A stretch of DNA of 63,594 bases, filler included, from Octopus bimaculoides (GCF_001194135.2; 4 parts of 4 records of this genome joined end to end with filler, not necessarily neighbours in it), one strand, 5' to 3'; shown: positions 12,392 through 27,029, counted from the whole stretch's first letter. Translations and numbers: made by a program. The notes: a model not told the origin generated them from the sequence alone.

Positions 12392-13140
12392 TGATACACT
12401 CGCATACACACTGAAAGGCAAGGGAAATATATTTTCAAAACTCTTTAGAAGGTACTTGTCATGTTCAATTGACACGGTNNNNNNNNNNGTGAAGAGGTGG
12501 GAGTGTGAGGTGGATGGGTGGGTAGGGGGTGTACAGGGTGGTGGTGGTGGTGGGTGGGAGAGGACGGGTCAGTCTGGCTTTGAAGATTTGTACAAACAGG
12601 AAGTGGAAGACATTTGAGAACATTACAAAATACAATACCTACAGCAGGTTTGACAGGAAAACTATAGATTATTGAAGTGCTAGTTGCTGTTGTTGTTATT
12701 ATTGTTGTTGTCGTCGTCGTTGTTGTTGTTATCGCAATTATTGTCCTTGTTGTAACAAGGGGTCAACTCTGTAGAACAGCCCAACATCTATTACAAATCT
12801 TAAAGTTCCCCTGGAATCTTTCAAAGACCTTTCTAACATGGCGAACAATCCCACCTCTTTAGTTAGACTCTACCCATGCTGGTATCTTGACTTGAAGAAT
12901 TGTTAGGGGAACGAATCGTCCCCAGTACCTCAGATGCTTAAAATATATCAACATTCGAGTGACCAATCAACCCCACCACACAGAGAACAAATAATACAAT
13001 GGCAGACGAAGTTTACAGCTTCGCCTGCTATTGTTACAACAATAGATTCTAAGCTAGAAGACTCAAGGCCTATTTAGAAAAGCGGGTGTTAGTCGACATC
13101 ATGGACGCCTCGAGTATTTGACTGGTATATCTTATTTTGG

Positions 13141-13390
13141 TGGAGGCGCGTGGTTTAGTGGTTAGTGTGTCAGCATCATGATCGTAAGATTGTGGATTCG
13201 ATTCCTGGACCTGGCGACGCATTGTGTTCTTGAGCAAGGCACTTCATTTCACGTTGCTCCAGTCCACTCAGCTGGCAAAAATGAGTAACGCTGCGATGGA
13301 CTGGCGTCCCGTCCAGGTGGGGAACACATACGCCATTGAAACCGGGAAACCGGGCCCATGAACCTGGCTAGGCTTTGAAAGGGCGCATTT
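13141..13390 (+). mobile_element. tRNA-derived SINE, family D, near full length
   Basis: A-box-like TGGTTTAGTGG, B-box-like GATTCGATTCC, then TTCTTGAGCAAGGCACTT...CTGGCAAAAATGAGTA (CORE-like) and GCGATGGACTGGCGTCCCGTCCAGG. No tRNA acceptor stem closes. Confidence 0.85.
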
Positions 13391-13455
13391 ATTTTGTATT
13401 TATTATATCATATTTTGCGATTTTATCCATCGCGGAGGGAAAGAAAGAAAAAGAA

Positions 13456-13517
<62 letters not shown>

Positions 13518-13885
13518 AGGGTCGGTAAAGTTATCTTCACTTGGGTTTCAATTCAGAATGCAAAACCAAAACGTAAAAGAAATGCCGGTATTAATAATAG
13601 CACAGTTGTTCTTTTCTTCCACTGATCTAACGATTCTGCTAAATGAATAATAGCAGTGAACACTATTGTTATCACAACCAACACCACCACAACCACCACC
13701 ACCACAACCACAACCACAACAACAACCATAATTATTTGACAAACTAATGTGAGAAGTATTTAAGCCTACTATTTCAACATGTTCACCAATTGTAATCCAA
13801 ACAATTCTCGCTTCTTTCACACTGGGTGGAGTTCTTAACACCCTCCTTTCGTTTTATTTTATTGTTGCTATAGTTAACGCTGTTG

Positions 13886-13887
<2 letters not shown>

Positions 13888-13963
<76 letters not shown>
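13888..13963. repeat. (ATT)n microsatellite
   Basis: Seen directly. Confidence 0.97.
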
Positions 13964-14330
13964 TGCCTTTGCACAGCTTCTAACGCTGGAGATGTACTAC
14001 AGTGTCAGCTGTTCACTACCAGTGAACTAAGGTAACACCTCTTTCAAGCACCTTCCGGAGTATTCAAGCGGTTCCAACCAGTGGTGGTAGTGGTGGTGGT
14101 GGTGGTGGTGCTACTGCTGGTGTTGCTGGTGCTGGTGTTGGTGGTGCTGGTGCTGGTGCTGGTGTTGATGATGAAGATGATAAGGATGACGACAGTAACG
14201 ATGACGAGGAAAGTGATGTTCGGTGATAATGGTGATCACCATCAGCACCATCTTGAATCGCGACAGCAGAAAACTTCATAAATTATTCAAGAGGGTCATA
14301 ATCATAATTATTCAAAAAAAATCTTTCATA

Positions 14331-14482
14331 GGCTCAGGAGTGGGTTTGTGGTAAGAAGCTTGCTTCCTAACCACATGGTTCCGGGTTCAGTCTCACTGTG
14401 TGCTAGTCTCTTCTACTATACCCTCAGCCCGATCAATCCTTGTAAATGGATTTCATAGACGGAAACTGAAAGACGCCCGTCG
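14331..14482 (+). mobile_element. SINE family B with an internal deletion
   Basis: CAGGAGTGGGTTTGTGGTAAGAAGCTTGCTTCCTAACCACATGGTTCCGGGTTCAGTC...GACGGAAACTGAAAGACGCCCGTCG. Confidence 0.85.
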
Positions 14483-16207
14483 AAACACGGAGTAGATGTA
14501 GCAAGGACAACTTCAGAAGGGAAGAAACGTCGTCATAAGGTAAATAATACACCTCTCTCAAAGTATATCTGGCAATTGAAAGATAAAAGCGACTTTTAAT
14601 ACATTGTATGGTCTTAACTTGAACAGAACCATCTTATTTACTTCACTTAAAACCGTGTAATTGGTGTTTAACTGAGAAATATTATATTGCAAATCACCTC
14701 ACGAAAAGAATGAACCGAAAGTTTGAACTGATCCAGACATGTGATCGGAGTCCGAGTGTTTGCTGTTCCCTTTTTCAGAGGAAGAGAAAAAGCAGCAGTT
14801 GCAGATTACTGGACGTCACGTGTAACAATAAGTCTCTTGATATTGGCATGAATCCATAGTATGGAAGTCACTACTGGCTGAATCTATTTGTCTGTGAACG
14901 TGTACATGCATCCATGTATGTATGTTTGTATGTATGTATCTATGTATGTATGTATGTATGTATGTATGGATGGATGGATGGATGGATGGTTAGATATATG
15001 TATGCAAGTATCTATCTATCTCCCACTCTCTCTTTCACTCCCACTCTCTCTCTCTATCTCGCTTTTTACACACACACTTACATATACATATGTATCCATC
15101 TAAATATATATTTTGATACATTCATATCAGAATATATTTAAATATATGTATTTACATGTGCATACGTGCACACACGTGTCTATATCCATATACACACACA
15201 TCTATATACACGCACACACGCACAATATATACACACACACACACACAAACTCGCACACACACACACACACACACAATATAGAATGTCAAAAACTAAGGAA
15301 ACGAATAATTAAAGGGAAGCGTGGGCGGAAGTATAGAACTAGTTAGAAAGATAGATAGTTAGGTAATGCTTCCATATATACAAACACATACACACACAAG
15401 TATATGAGTATATATATATATATATATATAGACCTATGTATATATGTATATATGTATGTATGTATGTATGTATACAGAGAAAGAGCAAGAGGAAGACGGA
15501 GATGAACAGATGGAGAGAGAGAAAGAAAAAGAGTGAAGGGCAGAGGGTGAAAGTAAAGGAAATGTCAACATCCGCCACCTACGCCACCTTTTCGACTTGA
15601 TAAACCTGTTGTGATAGATTGGTTCATTTATTAAAAATAGATCATCTATAATCTTTTGTTTCTCCACTTCTTAAATGCCCTTTCTCTGCTCTCCCAAGGA
15701 ATTTAACCCCAACTGTACCCCCATTGTTGTGCGCAACCACCCATCCACCGACCCCAACTGATAAACAGATGGCGTGTTGTTGTGTAGAATGGTTGTTCGG
15801 CTTGAACTCATTGTCAGTGCTTTCTTTTTTTTCGAGCGGTCGTTGTCTTCGTCTTCATTGTCGTTGCCGTTTTCTTTTCTTGTCTTCGTTGCCATTGTTA
15901 TTGTCGTTTTCGTTTTGTTGCCATCTTTTTTTTCGTTATCGTCGTCGTCGTCGTCCTCGCTGTTATCGTTGTTGCTCTCGTCGTAATTCTGGTCGTCAAC
16001 ATCATGGCTTCACTTTTGCGTACTTTGGGTAAGCATTCCCCATAATGAGCAAAATGATTTATACAATCATGTGAGGAGGGGCATTTTACACCTTGGATGT
16101 ATAAAAATGATTACACAACATCTCACCAACATAAATCAGGTGTAAAAGCGTGTCGAAACACTTGTGATTTTTAAATAAAGAATGTCGTTCATTCCATTTT
16201 CTGTCTT

Positions 16208-16242
<35 letters not shown>

Positions 16243-16412
16243 CAAATTAAAAGGGTAAAGGATTATCAATTTATTAATTAATAAATCAATTAACAATTAA
16301 TATTTTTTTTACCAAGCCCATCGGTATGAAAGCACCATTATTGGTGGAGAACTTATTCAAAAGCTTATATATATTTATAAATTTATAAATTATATCTTAA
16401 TTATATCTATCT

Positions 16413-16481
<69 letters not shown>

Positions 16482-17039
16482 CATATGTCTCTATATACAT
16501 GCATACATGCCCTCACACATACACACAGATACAAACATATATATATTATCCATACATTGTGTATGCGCATACCATAAAGGCAGAAAAAAGAAAAAAGGCA
16601 ATGCACGAAGAACGAAGCTTGATAAATATGATAAACATTTAAAGGAAAAAGAGGACGCGTTTCGGAGGTATGTCCTTTTTCTTTTATTGTCTATCTCTCT
16701 CAACTTAGTTATCTGTCTTTCTATCTACATATGTGGGGGAAGTTCGTGTTTGTGTGTGTGTGTTTGTGTTTAAGGGAAAAACGATATAGAAATATACAGT
16801 TTTATTGAATCACTGGTGTTGAATGTTCCTTCACTTAAATAACTACAGTCAACACGATTTTCACACTCTATCAAATTTATTACTGTCTGTAAACATTCAA
16901 ACGGCAGTTCCTATTGGGCAATGAACGACGGATACGGCACCAGTAGCGAAGGAAACGTAACGAAACAGAAGCACGAATACTACAATCGGATAACATTATT
17001 CGTAATCATGTTCGATTAGTTAGGAATGGGATAAAAACC

Positions 17040-17340
17040 AGAGCGACTTTGTTGTGAAGTGTACTTTTACACCACAAAAAACAAAAACTGCACCAAATTA
17101 TGGGCTACTTGCATCAGGAGGAGGTCAGAAATTTACAATTAAGAAAAAAATCATTTCGCATTTCTTTAGACATAAATTTGAAGTCAATGGAAAGAAAGTA
17201 TCAACCCGGATTTCATAGAGAAGCTTGCTAACCAATCAAAAATAGAAAAACCAATGAATTGGCAAATGTAACGGCGACAACCATACACAACTTGTAAATG
17301 AAAGAACGTTTGGAAATCCGACAATGCACACTAAATCGAT
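17040..17340 (+). mobile_element. Heavily decayed Penelope-like GIY-YIG endonuclease remnant
   Basis: Broken frames give VVKCTFT...Y..ASGG, KKSFR and NWQM*RRQPY, in the order expected for the C-terminal half of the Penelope endonuclease. Confidence 0.35.
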
Positions 17341-18134
17341 TCACAACAGAATGAAGAAGCTTCAATGTATAGGAAGCCAGATATATATGCTACAAAAAGA
17401 AACAGTTTCTTGGTGAGAAAATCGTGACATGTGAAAAAGAATTCCATTCAAATACTACACACACAGGTATATCTATATGTACATATAGAAATACGTATGT
17501 ATATATATATATATATATNNNNNNNNNNNNNNNNNNNNNNNNNNNNNNNNNNNNNNNNNNNNNNNNNNNNNNNNNNNNNNNNNNNNNNNNNNNNNNNNNN
17601 NNNNNNNNNNNNNNNNNNNNNNNNNNNNNNNNNNNNNNNNNNNNNNNNNNNNNNNNNNNNNNNNNNNNNNNNNNNNNNNNNNNNNNNNNNNNNNNNNNNN
17701 NNNNNNNNNNNNNNNNNNNNNNNNNNNNNNNNNNNNNNNNNNNNNNNNNNNNNNNNNNNNNNNNNNNNNNNNNNNNNNNNNNNNNNNNNNNNNNNNNNNN
17801 NNNNNNNNNNNNNNNNNNNNNNNNNNNNNNNNNNNNNNNNNNNNNNNNNNNNNNNNNNNNNNNNNNNNNNNNNNNNNNNNNNNNNNNNNNNNNNNNNNNN
17901 NNNNNNNNNNNNNNNNNNNNNNNNNNNNNNNNNNNNNNNNNNNNNNNNNNNNNNNNNNNNNNNNNNNNNNNNNNNNNNNNNNNNNNNNNNNNNNNNNNNN
18001 NNNNNNNNNNNNNNNNNNNNNNNNNNNNNNNNNNNNNNNNNNNNNNNNNNNNNNNNNNNNNNNNNNNNNNNNNNNTATACATATATATTTATACATATAT
18101 GTATATATAGCTATGTGTATATATGCTTATTTTC

Positions 18135-18275
18135 TCGTGTTTCTTTCTGTTGAAGAGCGTAGGCTCGAAACGTAAAAGACTTTCTCACCTTCCCGAGCGT
18201 CAAACTAATACACCTGTTTGTTGTTCATACAGCTGTCTTCGTCTTTTGCTTTTCTCTAAATTTCAACTATATATA
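18135..18275 (+). mobile_element. Penelope-like terminal repeat with a degenerate hammerhead at 18142-18179
   Basis: Stem I TCTTT/AAAGA, core CTGTTGA(A), stem II GAGC/GCTC with a GTAG loop, GAAAC-GTA. The element ends in (TA)n. Confidence 0.5.
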
Positions 18276-18737
18276 TGTGTGTATATATGTGTGTGTGCCT
18301 ATGTGTGTGTGTATGTATATATATTACGAACGATAATAGATATCGAAGGCAGATATTAATACTGCAATTCCCGCCACCAATATCACACTTCTCCGCGACA
18401 ATCACAACCCTACCCACATTACAGCACGTTCAGAAATGTCACAAACAATACAAAAGTAAACAAGAAATAAATTGCTAAAAAAAAAATTAAATATGTAACC
18501 AAAAAACAAAGACAAAAACAAAAAATCTCCTTCCGTATCATGTTTCAGTCGATACGAGGTCGTAGCGCTGGATTCTTCTTTCTCGATGCGCTGTCTAACC
18601 CTGCTCAGAGTTGTCACTTCAGATCAAATCTGTTCAACAACGAAACAGACAATTGAGCGCAGATTTTTCTACTTTTTCTCTTCCTGATATCTCTCCGGGA
18701 ACCTGATTGCATCTTGTAATAGATTTTATATCTATCC

Positions 18738-18796
<59 letters not shown>

Positions 18797-19208
18797 ACTC
18801 TCTCTGTCTATCTTTCTATCTGTCTCTATGTCTCTGTATTTAATCGGATGATGAGGTGTTGCTGATCTTTCTCAACGACAGCGGCTCCCAGTGTGAAGAG
18901 CAGCTCCTGTCTCGCTTCGTCTCTTCGCGTCTGCCACAACGAACAGCAGTTTCATATCTATTGTTTAGAGGCCTCCACCCACCTTTCACTCTCTCCCTCT
19001 TTATTTATATGTAAGTGTGTTATTGTGTATATATATATATATATATATATCATATCATATCATATGTATATACACACACACATTTTTCACGTTTGCTTTT
19101 GTTTCTAATAGAGGGTGGACATCCATCAAGATGAATATTTGTGTCTGGCATTTTATAGGTGTGTCCGCACGTATGTATACAGATGCGTTTACATACAAAG
19201 CGAGTACA

Positions 19209-19278
<70 letters not shown>

Positions 19279-19856
19279 TACACACATACTCTCATGTCTA
19301 AGGAGCTGAGAGAAACGTGATGAATGAAGCACTCAACAAAGTCATTCAGAGTTGTAAGTGTACAATACAAAAGTTGATTCCGCTCCCTCATTATAAAATT
19401 TGGGAGTCAGAGAATGGACCTTCGTATGTAAGTATGTGTGAATGTGTGGATGGGTGGATAGATGGATGAACGGCTAAATGAATGGATGGATGGATGGATG
19501 GATAGATGGATGAACGGCTGGATGGATAGATTAATGGATGGATGGATAGTGGGTGAAAGAATACAGGTATGGGCATTTATGTCAGGTATGTAATGATAAA
19601 GTTAATGGCCCGCCATTCAAGTTATAAATGATACAAACACACACACGTGCGTGTGTGTTTGTGGTGTATGTGTGCGTGTGTGTTTTTGTGTATATACCTA
19701 TATGTATGTGTATATACATGTATGTATATATTCAAAGATATATATGTATATATATNNNNNNNNNNNNNNNNNNNNNNNNNNNNNNNNNNNNNNNNNNNNN
19801 NNNNNNNNNNNNNNNNNNNNNNNNNNNNNNNNNNNNNNNNNNNNNNNNNNNNNNNN

Positions 19857-19888
<32 letters not shown>

Positions 19889-20510
19889 GCACAGATACAC
19901 ACATACACATATGTGTGTATATATATTCACATACACGTATATGTACATATAAATGTATGTATTTCAATAAGGTCCCAAATGCTCATAAAGACCGTTGCTT
20001 TGCTCCAATTTCATTCCCTTAAGTGGGTGAAATGTAAATTTACCCTCATTCCTTTGTGTGTGTGTGTGTCTCTGTGTGTCTCTCTGTGTGTGCGTGCGCG
20101 TGTTTGTGCGCGCGTGTGTAATATAATATACAATAAACATTTCCAGATACGTAAAAAACTAGGTGTACTTCAAGTCTGGTCTTTAGCTTCGGTTTCGTTG
20201 CGTTTAAACACCGCAGAGATGTCAAGCTCTTCTGACGATTTATCTGTCTACCCACTATAAAGTTCTGTCCGACGAAGAGTTTATTTTTGACATATCAAAT
20301 CTGAGACAAATACCAAAACTAATAAGACAATACTTTAAGGAGGGTAACCCTTTCCAACTATTTCCCAAAAGGCAATGGGAAGAACCATTAAAAAAAAAAA
20401 GATTATCTCACTTGACCGTGGTACCGCTTACGGGACTAAATGCTCCTTTTTTAAGACAGAGGACTCAACTAGAACACAGACTGAAATATTAATTAGACAT
20501 AACTCCACCC

Positions 20511-20564
20511 ATGTGCTTGTGTCCCGTTATGTGCATGTGTCCCGTTATGTGCTTGTGTCCCGTC
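20511..20564. repeat. 18-bp tandem repeat, 3 copies
   Basis: ATGTGC(T/A)TGTGTCCCGT(T/C) three times. Confidence 0.95.
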
Positions 20565-21006
20565 AGATAATCTAATTAGGCCTGGGCAATGCTTCAATAT
20601 TGGTGTCTAGTTTTGGGAGTTTCTGTGGCATATATATATATATATAAGCATGTCTCAAAACGACGTTGGATTCCCAGACAAAGTATTTAGGACGTTTTTA
20701 AACGTGCGAAAGACTTCTTTGTTCATGTAATTATAACTCCCTGAAAAAAAAAAAAGAAAAAAAAGAAAGGGAAAAACAGAATCCGAAGACGTCGGAATTT
20801 TCCTAACCCGTCCACCGCCAAAATGCTAACGGCTTTATTTGGGTGCACTAAAACTCAGCATGATTCATGGAAGAAGGGTACAATTTGGGAGTGATACGAA
20901 CTCAGCATAGCCAGTGGGTTCCTTCCTGTGTGTGGGTGGGTTAAACAGCATGTATTTCATGGCTTAGAAATTTTAAATTAATTAATTATTCATACCGTCT
21001 TATTTA

Positions 21007-21066
<60 letters not shown>

Positions 21067-21645
21067 TATATTTATTTCATGCATTATTACATTCATAAAC
21101 GGTGTATCATATAACGCCGCCCTAAGTCTGAATTCCTTTTATATATAACACTTTGTCAAAGAGCTGATGTTTTGTAAGCGTTATATTCTTTTACGACCAT
21201 TGAATTTTATTATATCATTTCTAAATCTCGTGGCTAATAAACAGATAAATAAATAAATGAATGAATGAATGAATAAATAAATGAATATTATTGTTGTCAT
21301 GTTTTGGTTTTGCTTTAATTTATACGAATTGCACCCAAGTTGCAACCCTGAACCCCCAAGGGACAACAAGGTTTTGTATCTGAAGATGCTAACAGGTGAA
21401 GTGCCGTGCAATCGAAAACACTGATGTCTGTGAAAGAAAAAAAAAACAGAGAGTAAGATTGCACTTATATGGAGAGAAAAGTACGTAGAATATGTAAGGA
21501 ACCCATAAGTATGATCTTTTGCAATTCACTTATTTGTTGGCTCCGCATGGTATCAGTGCATGTGCCGCAAATAATGTTGTGATACCACGTTCTTCTGATT
21601 TCAATTTCCAACTCCTTATATTTGTTCAGTATTAATATTATTATC

Positions 21646-21865
21646 AAGGGCGGCGTGCTGGCAGAAGCGTTAACACTCCCGGCGAAGTACTTAGCGTTAC
21701 TTCGTCTGTCATTGCGTTCTGAGTTCAAATTACGCCGAGGTCGATTTTGCTTTTCATCTTTTCGGGGTCGATAAAATAAGTATCGGTGAAACACTGGGGT
21801 CGATGTGATTGACTTGTCCCCTCCCACCAAATTTCGGGCCTTGTGCCTTTAGTAGAAAGGATTAT
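21646..21865 (+). mobile_element. SINE family A, full length
   Basis: Colinear with 2768-2990 throughout. Confidence 0.9.
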
Positions 21866-22257
21866 AATGATCGCTTAAATTCACTTTACGGAATTCCTTT
21901 TTTTTTTTTCACGGATTGTGGTTAGTTCTCTGTTGCCGTGATTGTTGTCACAGTGGTCTTTGTTGTTGTTGTTGTTGTTGTTGTTGTGGATATTGCTGCT
22001 GCTGTTATTGTTGTTGTTATATTCTTGTTATGAATGCTGTTGTTGTTGTTGCTGTTGTTGCTGTTATTGTTTAGCAGTTTCTAAGCAATAAAAACGGCAC
22101 CGGACATTCGCATCGCCAAACATCGCTATTAAATAATAAAAATAGAAAGAAAGAAAGAAAGAAAAAAGGAGAAAAAGAAAGAAAGAACGAATGAAAAGTC
22201 GGACGGGAAGAAGAAACAGATACAATATAAATTTGATAAAACATATTTTTAAACAGT

Positions 22258-22394
<137 letters not shown>

Positions 22395-23185
22395 TATATA
22401 TAAAGAAATAAAAATGGACGCCATAATGCTACAGTGTAGTTCCATATATCGTTCCCAAGGGTTTTGTATGTTCGTGAGAACTAGTAATCCTATTGTCATG
22501 AGATCGCATTCAACGTGCGCCGCATGCGTTTCCTCTTTATTTCGATTCATTTGTTGTCTTTTTCTTTTCCTTTTTTTCCCCTGTTCTTTGTTCTTATTTT
22601 GCATGATGGTTTTGTATTTCGTTTCATTCTATTAGAATTTTTTCTTTATATTTATTTTATTTGTTTGTATCCTTTGTCTCTTTTCCACTAACAGCAGTGA
22701 AATACATCCACATTATCAGCAACAATAAAATGTTTAAAGATCTGGTTGATAATAGGATATATATATATATATCAATGTAATGGCTTGACTGGATTTCAAT
22801 GCGATATTTCAATGTTCTGTATATTGTATACGTAACTAAATTTATAAAACGTTTACAGCATATTTTTAAATATTTCTTTTCTATTTTTTTGCACCTTGAC
22901 TTCCTATCCTGGACTGATTTCCTCTCACCTGAGTTTGTTGTTATTGTTATCATTATTATTATTATTATTCGTTTTTATTGCTGTGCACTTCCTTCCATCA
23001 CTGCACCTCACAACAATTATACATAGAAAGAAACTCATACATCATACAACTAAACGGAAAGACATATTGTGTTTAGATACGTTTGTCTGTATTTTGGGTT
23101 GCTTGTGTGTATTTATCTATCCATGTCTATATCTGTATCTCTCTCTCTCTTTCTCTATCTATCTGTCTATCTATCTGTCTATCTA

Positions 23186-23226
<41 letters not shown>

Positions 23227-23326
23227 NNNNNNNNNNNNNNNNNNNNNNNNNNNNNNNNNNNNNNNNNNNNTTAATTAATTAANNNNNNNNNNNNNNNNNN
23301 NNNNNNNNNNNNNNNNNNNNNNNNNN
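23227..23326. other. Artificial scaffold spacer (44 N + TTAATTAATTAA + 44 N)
   Basis: Exactly 100 bp, and the 12-mer has stops in all six frames. The same structure recurs at 37733 and 57341. Confidence 0.95.
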
Positions 23327-23391
23327 TATATATATATATATATATATATATTATTTATATTATTATATAATAGCCTCACTCAACTCCTCAC

Positions 23392-23471
23392 CATCGAAGA
23401 TGGTGTGTGAAGGGACACGTCCACTTAAATGCGATTTGGCTCTTTCAGTACAATCAGAGTTTGAACAAAAC
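23392..23471 (-). CDS. Candidate exon (80 nt), FCSNSDCTERAKSHLSGRVPSHTIFD
   Basis: Donor GATG|GTGAGG, moderate acceptor CTTAACAG, open frame. Phase fits 29921-29965. Confidence 0.22.
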
Positions 23472-23717
23472 CTGTTAAGTGTAGTCTTTTTATGCAAACT
23501 GTCCGAAAAAGAGATTGAATAATTGTCAACAATTCCTTTCAGGAAATTCAATCAACTAAATTCTTCGAATACGGTAATTAATTTTGTCCCTAGATGAACA
23601 AAAAAGTATTTTATCAATTTGCGAGTGCCTTTATGTTTTATGTTTATATGTGGATTTTTGCTTCTGCGTGAGTGTGTATGTGTATGTGTATGTGCATCCG
23701 TATTTATGTGTGAGTTA

Positions 23718-23758
<41 letters not shown>

Positions 23759-23907
23759 AGCAGTGAAGACGAAGAAGCATTTCTGCTCAGAACAAACTGA
23801 CTCAATTTATTAAGAATTACAATGCACGTATATTTTTTCATTTCATTTCGTTCCCCTTTCCTCTTTCTTTCTGTCTTTCGCCCTACTTCTCTCTCTTTCT
23901 CTCTCTC

Positions 23908-23945
<38 letters not shown>

Positions 23946-24234
23946 ACTGTCTATCTATATGCGTTTGCCTATGCACTCTATGTATATATTTGGGTGCGTG
24001 TTAGTGTGTGCGTGTGTGTGTATTTGTGTGTGTGTATATTTATGTGCGTGTGTGTGTGTATACACATACATACCCACACAGAGAAGTCTACGTTCTTCCC
24101 TCTATCCCTATATCTCTAGCTGCTTCTCTCCGGCGTATCTCTCACTTCTATTTCTTCCTTTATCAGTTTTTACCTAACTTAATCTGCCCTATAAAACTTG
24201 ACGTGTGCCTATACAAATGCATATATGAGTGTAT

Positions 24235-24266
<32 letters not shown>

Positions 24267-24309
24267 ACATGCCCACAAGCACACACACACACATACACAC
24301 ACAGAAACA

Positions 24310-24475
24310 CGTGGCTGTGTGGTTAGTAGTTTGCTTACCAACCACATGGTTCCGGGTTCAGTCGCACTGCGTGGCACCTTGGGTTAGTGTCTTCTACTAT
24401 AGCCTTGGGCCGACCAAAGTCTTGTGAGTGGATTTGGTAGACGGAAACTGAAAGAAGCCCGTCGTATGCATATAT
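24310..24475 (+). mobile_element. SINE family B, near full length
   Basis: GTGGCTGTGTGGTTAGTAG...CATGGTTCCGGGTTCAGTC...GACGGAAACTGAAAGAAGCCCGTCG. Confidence 0.9.
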
Positions 24476-24938
24476 ATAAATGTGTGTGTGTGTGTGTNNN
24501 NNNNNNNNNNNNNNNNNNNNNNNNNNNNNNNNNNNNNNNNNNNNNNNNNNNNNNNNNNNNNNNNNNNNNNNNNNNNNNNNNNNNNNNNNNNNNNNNNNNN
24601 NNNNNNNNNNNNNNNNNNNNNNNNNNNNNNNNNNNNNNNNNNNNNNNNNNNNNNNNNNNNNNNNNNNNNNNNNNNNNNNNNNNNNNNNNNNNNNNNNNNN
24701 NNNNNNNNNNNNNNNNNNNNNNNNNNNNNNNNNNNNNNNNNNNNNNNNNNNNNNNNNNNNNNNNNNNNNNNNNNNNNNNNNNNNNNNNNNNNNNNNNNNN
24801 NNNNNNNNNNNNNNNNNGTGCTAGAAATAGATCACATCTTGTGTCTGATAAGACCTAAATTGTTCTGAAAACGAAATTTAGCGGAATACCAAAGCGTAAG
24901 CGGGCAAGACATTTAAAATTACCGAAAAAAATCATTAT

Positions 24939-25200
24939 TAAACAGGGACCGGTTTCGAAATTAACAATCTTACCGACTGTCTGTTTCTCTTCAGCTTGAT
25001 TCGTAATGTAACCATAATCCTCAGAACCCTATACAAAGTTTCCCACCGTCATAGGTGCTCGTGTATGTGGTTCTGTTAATTACAGCTTAATGGTAAAATT
25101 CAAAAGTCTTTGTTTTGGCGCGCTAATTCCAGGAATATGTCTGCAGAAAATATTTACTGCGTCGCATATATCCAGTTTGAGAACTTGGTTATGGTTAATA
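24939..25200 (-). mobile_element. Decayed Penelope-like 3' end with a hammerhead motif at 24939-25003
   Basis: On the minus strand, ELARQNKDF and a frameshifted APYDGGKLC resemble 62590-62780. They are followed by CTGAAGA-GAAA...TTTC-GAAAC-CG-GTC. Confidence 0.5.
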
Positions 25201-26387
25201 CATTAAAACATAGGGCAAAAATCATATATTAATTAATATCGATTAATTACCAGGAAGCTAGCACATTTAAAGAATCAAAGAGATTCAGAATATCTGCAAT
25301 CTCAGGGGATTAAAGTATATTTTTATATATAACGTTGACCACTAACGTGGACATTCAATGTNNNNNNNNNNNNNNNNNNNNNNNNNNNNNNNNNNNNNNN
25401 NNNNNNNNNNNNNNNNNNNNNNNNNNNNNNNNNNNNNNNNNNNNNNNNNNNNNNNNNNNNNNNNNNNNNNNNNNNNNNNNNNNNNNNNNNNNNNNNNNNN
25501 NNNNNNNNNNNNNNNNNNNNNNNNNNNNNNNNNNNNNNNNNNNNNNNNNNNNNNNNNNNNNNNNNNNNNNNNNNNNNNNNNNNNNNNNNNNNNNNNNNNN
25601 NNNNNNNNNNNNNNNNNNNNNNNNNNNNNNNNNNNNNNNNNNNNNNNNNNNNNNNNNNNNNNNNNNNNNNNNNNNNNNNNNNNNNNNNNNNNNNNNNNNN
25701 NNNNNNNNNNNNNNNNNNNNNNNNNNNNNNNNNNNNNNNNNNNNNNNNNNNNNNNNNNNNNNNNNNNNNNNNNNNNNNNNNATATATATATATATATACA
25801 CTGTTGCATGCATATATACGTGCATACACATGAATGTATGTATGCAGGTTTGCAGTAATGTATATATATATTTATATATATATATATATATCTGAGTACG
25901 AATGTATTTTCGTTGATATTCATTCAAGGTCTTTATAGATTTCAAGCTGCTCACTACCAATGTGACAAGATTTTTTTGCCTTTGTTTTTAGTGAAGACGA
26001 ATCCAAGTATTTATGAATATGTTCGTGAGTTAGTTTTTGTATACATCTATACAATGATGTACGTCTATATATTTGCTTTCATGTAGTGGAGGTACATGTC
26101 TTTCTTTTAGTGTGTGATTACATTTTAGAATGCATGTGAATATGTCATACGCCCTCATGGGATATTGTGTATTCTTTCATTCAATGAAACTCAATTAGGG
26201 AATATGTGAAATGATTTACAAACCCACAATGAACCACTAATTCATTTGTTTGAGCGATAAAACTCAGATTGCTTCGTTCTGTCCGGGGGAAAACTTAGCA
26301 TTTCCAGTCTTTTATGCAAATATTTTGTTGTACAGATCGCTGCGTAAATCACATAATATTTCATTGGAATTTTCTTTTCCCCGCTTA

Positions 26388-26590
26388 CTTGTTTCAGTCT
26401 TTAGACTGCGGCCATGCTGTGTCACCGCCTTGAAAAAATTTAGTTGAGCGAATCGAACCCAGGACATATTTTTTTGCTTTAATTTTGTTACTTATTCTTT
26501 CGGGGTCGTTTGTCGAACTGCTAGGTTACGGGAGCGTAAACACATGAACGGCAGTTGTCAAAGTAGTGACTGGGATAAAAACAGATAGAA
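26388..26590 (-). mobile_element. SINE family C
   Basis: GTTTCAGTCTTTAGACTGCGGCCATGCTG...CCGCCTTGAA, homologous to 4533-4700. Confidence 0.75.
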
Positions 26591-27029
26591 AAAAAACACA
26601 AGATATGTATGTATGTGTGTCTGTGTGCAGATGATGACGACGACGACGACAACAACGACAACGACGATGATGATGATGATGATGATGATGATGGTGTCCC
26701 TGTCATTTTTTCTCGCCCCTCCTTAATTCTTTTGTGCCTCTACTTCTCTCTCTTCCCTTCTCATGTGACCGGTGTTCGGCCAAGCCTGACCTTTCCTTTT
26801 TGGTGCAGCCGTCGTGCGTGCAACATCGTTATTTCTCCCTGTGCCTGTGAAATCTTGTATCCCGGCTGTAAGGTCTAATTTCCATACACGCCAGCTTAAT
26901 TTTATTCGTCCTTAGTCGAAAGACATCTATTGTTATGTCCCGTTATTATTCCTACTGCATTTGTTCAACATTGTTCGTCTTTTAATGCTCTAAGCTTAGT
27001 TTTTCCTTGGGGCTGGCCAGGTTCGAGCA

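Noticed and set aside
13141-13215. tRNA-like sequence with A and B boxes
   Set aside because: No cloverleaf closes and it continues into a SINE body, so it is a SINE head and not a tRNA gene.
19283-19333. Plus-strand exon-like segments here and at 14779, 22691, 29220, 37241 and 45211
   Set aside because: Each lacks a good donor or a consistent phase chain. They show how often chance splice-like sites occur in this DNA.
20511-20564. Short direct repeats here and at 30721 and 43069 considered as CRISPR-like
   Set aside because: The units are adjacent with no unique spacers, and the DNA is eukaryotic. They are minisatellites.
21320-21427. Strong minus-strand acceptor with two open frames
   Set aside because: There is no good donor and no recognisable peptide, and a spacer separates it from the other candidates.
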